64,000 nucleotides of DNA from a virus. Lineage: Duplodnaviria; Caudoviricetes. How positions within the stretch are numbered: the first letter of the stretch is position 1; the number at the start of each line of letters is the position of its first letter. The stretch spans positions 32,001 through 96,000 of the IMG/VR virus record IMGVR_UViG_3300035520_000529. The stretch is one strand, 5' to 3'. A program made the position numbers and the translations under genes. The notes beneath the pieces are model-generated. The model was not told the origin of the DNA. It saw only the letters and a list, made by a program, of their open reading frames with translations, and did not search any database. Positions 19,080 to 27,940 of this stretch are shown here, piece after piece.

Positions 19080-21284
19080 CTACCCTCCATTCACTATATT
19101 ATCTAATGCGGATTGCACATCGCCTAGGGTGGTAGTAATATCATCAATAGCGGACTTTACTACCTTATTCTGCACTGCATTGGTAGACGTGTCGCTAAGT
19201 GCGGAATCGAATCCTAATTCTACAGTATTAGACAACTTATTCATGTGACTTTCAAGATAGTTTAACTCATCTACAACAGTAGCAAAACCATTTACAGATT
19301 TCAACACAAAGTTAGTAATAATGTTTTCCTCATCATCTGTAGTTTGATATGCTACATCATAAGTAGTAGATGGATTCAACGTATAGAGGTAACCCTCAAT
19401 CTTACCAGAAGACACTGTTAGTAGCTCATCGTTTATGGTTATGGTGTAGTTATCGTCACTAGCAGTAAAAGAGTATTTAACTAGTTTAGTATCCGCATTA
19501 GTAATAAAAGTAGTGTTTTCAGTTTGAGATAGTTTATCTTGAGATAGTAGCACTATGTTCTCATCCTCGGAAACTTCAAAGTCTCCCAAAGTAGATAAGT
19601 CAACTTTAGTTTCCAAAGCAGAATAAACTCCACCACTAGTTACTAAATTTTCACTAAGCCTAGTAGGAGTTTTGTCAATTTCTTTGTCAAACTTGTAATT
19701 TAGAAGTTCCCAACCATTTTCGTTATGGATATAGTACTGAGTAGAACTTTCTGCACCAGTAACTACATAGATAACACCATCAATTATGTCTTTTTTAGGT
19801 AGTTCATCCACTGCAATCCTTTTTACATAGTCCAAATTGTCTAAAGCTAAGCAATCTATAGTACCCTCAACTGATAGATTACCCATAATGAATGTGTTAC
19901 CATTCCAGTCTATGGTTAAAGCGTTTGAACGTGTAATTGTATTCTCATTAGTATCTTCATTAGTTTCTTTAGTGCCATTACCAATAATGAATGCATATTG
20001 GTTATTTTCATCCGATAGATTATAACGTCCTATAGTGGTTTGTGCTTCACCATTTGCTATAGTTCCAATACCACTACTATGAGAATAGTGTGAAATTGCT
20101 TGTGTATTATAGCCCTCAGCGTGTGATGATAGACCATTTGCAATACAACCAGTACCCTCAGCATGAGAACCCTCACCTATAGCTTGTGTATAGATGTCTC
20201 CCAAGTTACCATTATTCTGTGTAGGAATAAAGTAGCCCTCAGAGTGAGAGCCTAAACCCGAAGCTATTGAAGAATATCCCTCAGCATGAGACTGTGCGTT
20301 GGTAGATTGTGTATAGAAGCCCTCCGCATGGGAGTAGTCTCCTAACGCTTTAGAGCCTATTCCCTCAGAGTGGCTGTTATCACCTATAGCAACAGTATGG
20401 TAGCCCTCAGCGTGAGAATGACTACCTATTGCAACAGAACTATTTCCCTCTGAGTGGGTACACGTACCAATAGCATATGTATTAGCACCCTCACTATGTG
20501 CATTTGGAGCAGAGCCATCATTTATACTAGTAATGTCTTCTAATGTAGTACCCCACGTTGTAAGTAGCTCATCGGATATTGTTAAATCGTCAGAAAATCC
20601 AGACACTGTTTTATAACCCTCTGCGTGTGAGTTACTAGAGTGTGTAGTAGTTGAAGCACCCTCAGTATGTGAGGTGTTACCATAGGCAATAGTGTTACTG
20701 CCCTCTGCATGAGAGTACTTTCCTAGTGCAACGTTTAAGTTTGAATCTGCGTTGTTGCGTTGAGAAACGTTAAAGACTTCTGCTCCAATATTAGCTGTTT
20801 TAGATATACCACTTACATTATAACTTTTTCCAGTAATATCTGCACCTGCACCATATATAGTACCATCCTCTTTTTCTAGAATGGTAAAATCATCAATTTT
20901 TACACCGCCAAGTGTAGTACTTGTTGCAATTGGTAGAGTGTAAGTATCTACTAGGTCAGTAACTAGTATATATATGTGTTTGTTGTTGGAATTAGCTATT
21001 ACCAAATCAATATATTTATCTCCAATATTATATCCATCTACTGGAGAATTATCTTCGGTACATTCTTCTACTGAACCACTTTCTACTACTAAATCTTTAG
21101 GAATGTTTATCTTTTCACCGATAGCAACGTCATTGTTATATAATTGATATGTAGTAGAATATCCATCTTCAGCAGTGTCTTGCTTTTTGATAGTATAGTT
21201 TATCGTTTCTAATGAATCTCTTGCTACAGTGTCTCTAATATCTAACTTTTCACCATTTAGATTAATATGCGAAACCCATGACAT
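19080..21284 (-). CDS. Tail fibre-like protein with YadA-head-like (SHAEG) repeats
   Basis: Many SHAEGxxTxAxG repeats and a YTLPIATSTTLGGVK motif. Confidence 0.78.
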   Translation of the reverse strand: MSWVSHINLNGEKLDIRDTVARDSLETINYTIKKQDTAEDGYSTTYQLYNNDVAIGEKINIPKDLVVESGSVEECTEDNSPVDGYNIGDKYIDLVIANSNNKHIYILVTDLVDTYTLPIATSTTLGGVKIDDFTILEKEDGTIYGAGADITGKSYNVSGISKTANIGAEVFNVSQRNNADSNLNVALGKYSHAEGSNTIAYGNTSHTEGASTTTHSSNSHAEGYKTVSGFSDDLTISDELLTTWGTTLEDITSINDGSAPNAHSEGANTYAIGTCTHSEGNSSVAIGSHSHAEGYHTVAIGDNSHSEGIGSKALGDYSHAEGFYTQSTNAQSHAEGYSSIASGLGSHSEGYFIPTQNNGNLGDIYTQAIGEGSHAEGTGCIANGLSSHAEGYNTQAISHYSHSSGIGTIANGEAQTTIGRYNLSDENNQYAFIIGNGTKETNEDTNENTITRSNALTIDWNGNTFIMGNLSVEGTIDCLALDNLDYVKRIAVDELPKKDIIDGVIYVVTGAESSTQYYIHNENGWELLNYKFDKEIDKTPTRLSENLVTSGGVYSALETKVDLSTLGDFEVSEDENIVLLSQDKLSQTENTTFITNADTKLVKYSFTASDDNYTITINDELLTVSSGKIEGYLYTLNPSTTYDVAYQTTDDEENIITNFVLKSVNGFATVVDELNYLESHMNKLSNTVELGFDSALSDTSTNAVQNKVVKSAIDDITTTLGDVQSALDNIVNGG

Positions 21285-21301
21285 ATTCTTTCACATCCTT
21301 T

Positions 21302-22618
21302 CTAATATATTTCTTCATCATCATCAGCAAATATATACAATGTATCCTCATCTACTGTATTGCTTTCAACTAGAGCATTCCACTCATCTTGTGTTATGAC
21401 TTGATAACACTTGAAATGTGTAGTAGTAGAATTACTATTGCTCTCACTATTACCACCATTTGAATTAATGTATAACGTTTCTTCATCTTCTACATACCAA
21501 ATAGATGGGAGTAGTTGGTCTACTTCTTCTTTAGTGTAGTAGTTTTGGAAAATTGCTGTGATTTGGTTGATAGTATAGTAGTTTTGCAAAATTTCAGTAA
21601 TTTGTGTAATGGTATAGTAGTTATTAGTTAAGATATTATTAATTTCCTCGTTAGTGTAATAATTTTCCAAAATATTAGTTATTTCTTCTTTGTTGTAGCA
21701 ATTTTCAAAGAATTGGTCTATTTCTACTTTGGTGTAGTAATCATTGATTATTTCGATTAGCTTTTCAGTAGTAACATACTTTTCTAGTATCTTTTCAATT
21801 TCTTCTTTAGAATAGTAGTTAGATAGTAGTTCAATAATTTCTTCTTTTGTATAGTACTTTTCAATAAGTTTGAGTAGTTCTTCAGTAGTAGTATACTTTT
21901 CAAATAGTTTATCTATTTCTTCTTTAGTATAATATTTAGACAATAATTCTGTAATTTCTACCTTAGTATAGTAATCCTTGAGAATTTCAATTAACTCCTC
22001 TTTGGTGGTGTATTTTTCTAGGAGTTTATCTATTTCCTCTTTAGTATAATACTTAGACAATAACTCTGTTATTTCCACCTTAGTGTAGTAATCCTTAAGG
22101 ATTTCAATTAGTTCTTCGGTAGTAGTATACTTTTCTAATAGTTTGTCAATCTCTTCTTTAGTATAGTAGTTGCTTAAAAGTTCGATGATTTCCACTTTTG
22201 TATAATACTCTTTAAGGATTTCGATAAGTTCTTCTTTAGTTTGATACTTTTCCAAAAGCTTGTCTATTTCCTCTTTAGTATAATATTTAGATAGTAGTTC
22301 GATAATTTGCACTTTGGTGTAGTACTCATTAAGAATCTCAATTAACTCTTCTTTGGTTTCATATTTTTCTAAAATTTTGATAATTTCATCCTTAGTATAA
22401 TAATTGGATAAGTCTATATCTATACCAGAACCTCCACCAGTGCCACCAGTACCACCTAATTGAATATACTTGTTATCGTTCCAAATGTAGATAATCTTAG
22501 TACTCAAATCCACATATATTAGCGAAGAGTTTCCCTCTGTAGGAAACTCCTCACTAGTTGCATATTTTTTAATAGCACATTTGCACTTAAGCAATGCGTA
22601 TAATATTAAATTGCTCAT
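21302..22618 (-). CDS. Tail fibre-like repeat protein (YYTKEEI 13-aa repeats)
   Basis: More than 20 tandem repeats. C-terminal ITQDEWNAL...TLYIF module. Confidence 0.7.
   Translation of the reverse strand: MSNLILYALLKCKCAIKKYATSEEFPTEGNSSLIYVDLSTKIIYIWNDNKYIQLGGTGGTGGGSGIDIDLSNYYTKDEIIKILEKYETKEELIEILNEYYTKVQIIELLSKYYTKEEIDKLLEKYQTKEELIEILKEYYTKVEIIELLSNYYTKEEIDKLLEKYTTTEELIEILKDYYTKVEITELLSKYYTKEEIDKLLEKYTTKEELIEILKDYYTKVEITELLSKYYTKEEIDKLFEKYTTTEELLKLIEKYYTKEEIIELLSNYYSKEEIEKILEKYVTTEKLIEIINDYYTKVEIDQFFENCYNKEEITNILENYYTNEEINNILTNNYYTITQITEILQNYYTINQITAIFQNYYTKEEVDQLLPSIWYVEDEETLYINSNGGNSESNSNSTTTHFKCYQVITQDEWNALVESNTVDEDTLYIFADDDEEIY
21520..22410 (-). repeat. Coding tandem repeat, 39-bp unit with 117-bp higher-order period
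   Basis: KYYTKEEIDKLLE / KYTTKEELIEILK / DYYTKVEITELLS cycle repeated. Confidence 0.8.
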
Positions 22619-22629
22619 AAAATATCACC

Positions 22630-22899
22630 TCAAGTTGTAGTGGTAGAATTATTACAGCAACAATCACAACCTAATTCAACCCATCCATCCTTGGTCAATA
22701 TAAACACTTGTGATGTTTTCATTATTAGACACACAGAACCTAATGATGGAATATGTCCTTTACACTCATCCGTTTTACCTTTAACCAGTACACCATTTTT
22801 ACGAGTAGGCAAAAGTTCTAAATCAGAGAGACTGTCTACGCAATATTCATACGCATTAGTAGACGTTCTGTGTCCCATTACTATTAAACTACCAGCCAT
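22630..22899 (-). CDS. Hypothetical tail-associated protein
   Basis: SD GAAAGGA, in tail operon. Confidence 0.65.
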   Translation of the reverse strand: MAGSLIVMGHRTSTNAYEYCVDSLSDLELLPTRKNGVLVKGKTDECKGHIPSLGSVCLIMKTSQVFILTKDGWVELGCDCCCNNSTTTT

Positions 22900-22932
22900 T
22901 GGTTAATCAAATCCTTTCTAAATACTTAATTA

Positions 22933-25900
22933 TTAATTAGCAGTTTCCCAGTCAAATAAGTCTGTAAACGTAGTTGTTTTATCGTTACAGATTATTTTAT
23001 TCGCACCAATACTTCCTATATTATATCTGCTTGATGTCTTATACGTTCCATCATCAAGATATATATACCATTGCACAGGTGTATTATTTGGTTCACTTGG
23101 AACATGAGGTAAACGTACATCATAACTAGTAACTAATTTAGCACCCAAATCTATACCATAATCCTCAGATATTTTTTCTTCTTTATTTACTAAATACGCG
23201 TAAGTTGGTCTAAAATAGGTTTCATTTATAGGGTAGCTATATATTAATGAATACGTTTGATTTAATGCGTTTTTAATATCATCATAATTGCCTTTATAAT
23301 GAATAGTGTCTAGTGCATCCATTAATTCAAACTTTACTTTATATAAATTTTCAACGTCTATTTCAAAATTTTCTTTAAATCTTGAAGAAGCACTTATAGT
23401 TAAATCTAACTTGTAATCTTGAATAATATGCTTATCACTGTTAACACTCTCGTCTATTCTATAGAATAAACTTTCACCAATTTTAAAGTTACGCATTATA
23501 AATGGTATGGCTAGTCCTTTAATTGCAGTTTCATTCGTACCATAAGGTTCTGTTACTATAATTTGTCTAGTGGGTCTATAATAATTAGAATTATGAGTTG
23601 CTGTTAAGGACTCTGCCAATATGGCACCATCATATACATTTATATTATCTGGAAACGTATAAGTTTGCGTAACTTCATCATATGTATAGCGATAGACATT
23701 ATCAGCATTTTCTAATAATTTTGATTGAGAAGTAAAATTGATTAAACTACTGAACCATTGTGAATTATGACGGATACTCGCAATTTCACTGCTCGTCAAA
23801 TGTGGGAACATTTCAGTTATATAGTTTGAACCAGAAGTAGTGGTTCTTGGTAAATATCCTCCACTTCTACTCGTTCCAATACTTAATGTTAATACGTCAT
23901 CTTCATCAATTGAGGTGTTTTTACAACCACACGCAGTTATGATAATATCATAATCACCACCAGTCTCATATGTGTGTGATTTACTTATCATGGTTGAATC
24001 TTCATAATCATTTACTAGTTGTGTACCATTAAAACTTCTGCCATGAATTAGTGTGGCATTGTTATTACTACCATAAATTTGTGAATAAAAATTTCCCGAA
24101 CTTGTACTGTATGAACTTAACAAATCGTATCTAATTACTTTCATGGTATCATTGAATGAGTAGATGTCAAAAGTTCCGTCTCCCCAATACACATAACCTA
24201 TTGTGCTTACGCTTTCTTCTCTTATGTACCTATCGCCCTCAAAAGATGAATATTCGCCATATGGAGTATTTTTTTGGTACTTATCATCATCAACACTTTT
24301 ACTAAAAATATTATCTAATATTACAGTAGTGTTGTTATTATATGATATTTCAGAGTTAACGTTTCCATTGGAATCAGTATATGTACATTCAGAGAGATAT
24401 TCTAGAAAATCATCTTGAGATTCAAAGAAATCAGCCGATACTAATCTGCCATCACTACAAGCTGAAAGTGAATACGTTCCACCATTTGGGTCTTCAACAC
24501 TCTTGTATACAGTTGTAGTTTCAATTACGGGGTTTAAGCAAGGCACTCCACGATATGTAAAGTAATGATAATGACCAGAACCCTCAATTACATCTTTTTC
24601 TGTTATAAGTTCAGTGTTAAACATATCAGTAGAACTTGTCCAATCAAAAGCCTCTAATGGTACACTTACAATATAGCTACCATAGTACTGATTTTCATAA
24701 CCACTATCTTCAACAGTAACACCTAAAGTAAGTGGAGAAATATCTTTTCTAATAATTCCATCTTCTACTAATGAATTTCTCTCATCATAGTATGGTCTAA
24801 TATTAACGATTATTTCTTCGTCCCAATTCTTTCCTGCATTAGAGGTATATGTTAATTGAACAGTTTGACCTTCACCAAACTTATACCTAGCGTTTGAGAC
24901 ATTAGGAAATTCATATTTTGTAGTTGTAATAAGTAAATTTTGTTCTTGTTTATCTTGAACTAATTCCTTATTATTGTTATAACACTGATAATGTAACGTT
25001 GCAGTTGGAAAAACCGCTTCACAATTGACATATTGAATCTCTGCCCACAAATATCTAAATGGATACCAATCGAGTTCAGATTCGTTCATTGTCATACTAA
25101 TTTCTTCTAAATAATATATAGGATATTCTATTTTTAAAATATTTCCACTATCGGGAGAAGTATATGTTATCTTCATGGTGTGTTCACCATATCCACTATT
25201 ACAAGGTGTATTATAATATTGTACTTTGTTAAATAAAGAATATGATTCAAGTGTATCACATTCCCATGAATTTAATTTATCTACGGATAAACTTGTTCCT
25301 ACCATTTCACCATCGACTTCATGAAACCAATATACACTAGTTGTAATTTTTTGAGCGAAGTACGTTTCTAAGAATTTTTCTCCTATGCAGTTGTCGGCAA
25401 CCTTTAAATATTCATTAAATTCTTTAGGTTTGTTTAAATTCCAAATAATTTTACTACCTAAAGCCATTTTCCAAATAACATTACTATCCCTGCTTATGTT
25501 TAGATATTTAAAACTAGGCATATGTGAGCCTATTCTCATACTTCTAATTTCTTCACTAGCATCATACCCACCAAATAATACTTTGGCACAAGATGATGAG
25601 TCTATGTGAAAATATGAAGAATTAGTAGTGCCTATTAAAGAATCGTCATCAATATAATAATTTATTTTTTTTAAATTTGAACATCCTACAAACGCACTTG
25701 ATGATTGTTCTTCAAGTGACACTACTGATGGTTTGGTTTTAGAACCAAAATTAACAATTTCTAATCCACTGTTAGAACATGAACTATTTTCTACTATTGC
25801 CATATATGGAACGTTCAATTTTTTAAGATTAGTAGCACCATAAAAAGTACCCGAACTAATACGTTTAAGATTATCATCTAACTCACAGTTTATTAAGTAT

Positions 25901-26133
25901 GAGTTATTTGCACAAAAACCATATCCAATTTGTTCAAAATCAGTAGTGGTAAATGTAACAGTATATGTGCCACCACTTGCATAACTATGTGAACTAGAAC
26001 CATATACATAGTCACTAGTTGTATCATCACCCCAATCTATAGTACCTGTAATTGAATTGCTTGTGGATATAGGTGATAAACTAAGACTAAATGCATCAGT
26101 TGAACTAAATGTAAATTTATTAATCATGCTCAT
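22933..26133 (-). CDS. Large tail protein with PKD-like domains and short LRR segment
   Basis: IDWGDD...SHSYASGGTYTV (PKD) occurs twice in related form, plus an LRR-like segment. Confidence 0.65.
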   Translation of the reverse strand: MSMINKFTFSSTDAFSLSLSPISTSNSITGTIDWGDDTTSDYVYGSSSHSYASGGTYTVTFTTTDFEQIGYGFCANNSYLINCELDDNLKRISSGTFYGATNLKKLNVPYMAIVENSSCSNSGLEIVNFGSKTKPSVVSLEEQSSSAFVGCSNLKKINYYIDDDSLIGTTNSSYFHIDSSSCAKVLFGGYDASEEIRSMRIGSHMPSFKYLNISRDSNVIWKMALGSKIIWNLNKPKEFNEYLKVADNCIGEKFLETYFAQKITTSVYWFHEVDGEMVGTSLSVDKLNSWECDTLESYSLFNKVQYYNTPCNSGYGEHTMKITYTSPDSGNILKIEYPIYYLEEISMTMNESELDWYPFRYLWAEIQYVNCEAVFPTATLHYQCYNNNKELVQDKQEQNLLITTTKYEFPNVSNARYKFGEGQTVQLTYTSNAGKNWDEEIIVNIRPYYDERNSLVEDGIIRKDISPLTLGVTVEDSGYENQYYGSYIVSVPLEAFDWTSSTDMFNTELITEKDVIEGSGHYHYFTYRGVPCLNPVIETTTVYKSVEDPNGGTYSLSACSDGRLVSADFFESQDDFLEYLSECTYTDSNGNVNSEISYNNNTTVILDNIFSKSVDDDKYQKNTPYGEYSSFEGDRYIREESVSTIGYVYWGDGTFDIYSFNDTMKVIRYDLLSSYSTSSGNFYSQIYGSNNNATLIHGRSFNGTQLVNDYEDSTMISKSHTYETGGDYDIIITACGCKNTSIDEDDVLTLSIGTSRSGGYLPRTTTSGSNYITEMFPHLTSSEIASIRHNSQWFSSLINFTSQSKLLENADNVYRYTYDEVTQTYTFPDNINVYDGAILAESLTATHNSNYYRPTRQIIVTEPYGTNETAIKGLAIPFIMRNFKIGESLFYRIDESVNSDKHIIQDYKLDLTISASSRFKENFEIDVENLYKVKFELMDALDTIHYKGNYDDIKNALNQTYSLIYSYPINETYFRPTYAYLVNKEEKISEDYGIDLGAKLVTSYDVRLPHVPSEPNNTPVQWYIYLDDGTYKTSSRYNIGSIGANKIICNDKTTTFTDLFDWETAN

Positions 26134-26154
26134 ATTTTATAAACACACCCTTTC

Positions 26155-26709
26155 TTAATACATTTCTTCGTCATCATCTAAAAAGACATAAATCATATTT
26201 TCGTCTACATTTCCATTACTCACAAGTGTACTCCATTCACTTTCGGCAATTAATGTAAAACATTTAGTTACATTACTATCACTATTGTTATTATTATTTC
26301 CACCTTTAGGTTTAGCTTTACCATTTCGCATAGAAATCCAACCATTTGTAGGCGTTTTCCTATACTCTAAATAACCATATTCACCGCTGGAAATTATTTC
26401 ACCGCTTTTATTTAGTGCTTTGAATGGTTCATCGACTTCGCCTAGCAGTGTAGTGACCTGCACATATCCATCATCACCCTCATCGGATAAGAACTTTATG
26501 GGTATTCTATGAACTATTTTAAACTCGTCTAGACATTTGCTTATCATAGTTTTAACAAATTTTTTCAATGTGAGTACAAACAAAACACACTTATATTTGA
26601 TTTCGGCTTGTTCATAGCTACCATTTGTTGTAGAACCACTACTTATATTTACAGTCTTATTTTTAAATGCATTGGGGTTTTCACTAGGTAATTGTGATAA
26701 AATTGCCAT
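26155..26709 (-). CDS. Putative tail tip/baseplate protein
   Basis: Position in operon. C-terminal module shared with 21302-22618. Confidence 0.55.
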   Translation of the reverse strand: MAILSQLPSENPNAFKNKTVNISSGSTTNGSYEQAEIKYKCVLFVLTLKKFVKTMISKCLDEFKIVHRIPIKFLSDEGDDGYVQVTTLLGEVDEPFKALNKSGEIISSGEYGYLEYRKTPTNGWISMRNGKAKPKGGNNNNNSDSNVTKCFTLIAESEWSTLVSNGNVDENMIYVFLDDDEEMY

Positions 26710-26725
26710 AAATAATCACCACCTA

Positions 26726-27907
26726 TTATAAGTTATCGCTTTCAGCGTATGCAGGAAGATATTTGATATTGCATACTGATACTGACATATCGTCTAAGCC
26801 TATTGGAATGGTTAATGACGTTATTAAGCAGTTTTCTTGTGTCCAATCTAAATATGCTGACGTTACAGAAACTATTCTATTAACGTCTAAGTGTGGTATT
26901 AGTGGGCAACTAAAACTAGTACTCATAGTTACTGCTGACTTTTGATTTAGTTGATAGTATGCATAATCGTGACAGTGTTTGTCATCGTAACACATATCAC
27001 TTTCCTCAACTTTTTCGCATTTTTCACCAATTAGCGAAATTCTAGTAGGTGAAGCTGGATTTGTATTTTTAGCAGTGTAACTGTGTATTAGACCATCTAC
27101 GTCAGTACCATATACTTTACAAACATTTATTATAGCACCTAAATCATAGTTTGCACTTAGGTTAGAAATTTCTGGCTTGGAAGTATCAAAGAACCAACTA
27201 GGTGCTTCTCTTATATATGTATCTATCTTTGATTCTGTGAAGTTTAAACAACCATATATATCGTAAAACACATCAGCATTTAGCGATGTTCCTAATTCCG
27301 TTAAAATATCTCCTAAGTAACTATCTGCATCTTTTGTAATATCGTAAGGTAATAGAGTCTTACACATTGACATATCCACTAATGGTTCTATAGGGTCTAT
27401 AGGAACTCCATGCCCCATATCTAATGCTAAAGTTCCAGTGATAGCAGAATATGCGTTAGTATTGTATGGTATTTGATATGTTCCTTGTAAACAATGTTGA
27501 TTCAAGTCTTCGGTAAAAAATCCAAATTTATCTACTCCCTCTATTTGAACCTCATGTGGAGTGACGTTTAAACTTTTAATTACAAACACTCCTTGACTCC
27601 ACCAATAAGTGTTTTCGCTACTTTTAACACCTAGCCATATCTTAAACTTTTGATTTATCCAAATTAAAGAACTTTCATTTGGTAAAAATTCGTTGTCTAG
27701 ATTTCGTAAAGTTAAACTACACGTTCTTCTAACTCCTTGTTGGTACGTTACACTAATAGAGCCTTTAGTATCCGTTGAAACTTCTTTAGAAATCTCCTTT
27801 AACGTTTCCTCAAAATGGTCTAGTAGTTCTAGTTTAAGATACAAGTTATACGTTGATGATTTTAACGTGTTTTCGTATCCAGTATTGTATATATTAAAAT
27901 ATTCCAT
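26726..27907 (-). CDS. Baseplate hub/tail (Tal-like, DUF5048-like) protein
   Basis: GVRRTCSLTL, QGVF, IPHLDVN motifs. Position two genes after the tape measure. Confidence 0.65.
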   Translation of the reverse strand: MEYFNIYNTGYENTLKSSTYNLYLKLELLDHFEETLKEISKEVSTDTKGSISVTYQQGVRRTCSLTLRNLDNEFLPNESSLIWINQKFKIWLGVKSSENTYWWSQGVFVIKSLNVTPHEVQIEGVDKFGFFTEDLNQHCLQGTYQIPYNTNAYSAITGTLALDMGHGVPIDPIEPLVDMSMCKTLLPYDITKDADSYLGDILTELGTSLNADVFYDIYGCLNFTESKIDTYIREAPSWFFDTSKPEISNLSANYDLGAIINVCKVYGTDVDGLIHSYTAKNTNPASPTRISLIGEKCEKVEESDMCYDDKHCHDYAYYQLNQKSAVTMSTSFSCPLIPHLDVNRIVSVTSAYLDWTQENCLITSLTIPIGLDDMSVSVCNIKYLPAYAESDNL

Positions 27908-27940
27908 AATATGCCTCTTAATTATTGATAAATAATACCA

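Noticed and set aside
21520-22410. Possible CRISPR array
   Set aside because: The repeats are degenerate, in-frame coding units with no unique spacers and no cas genes.
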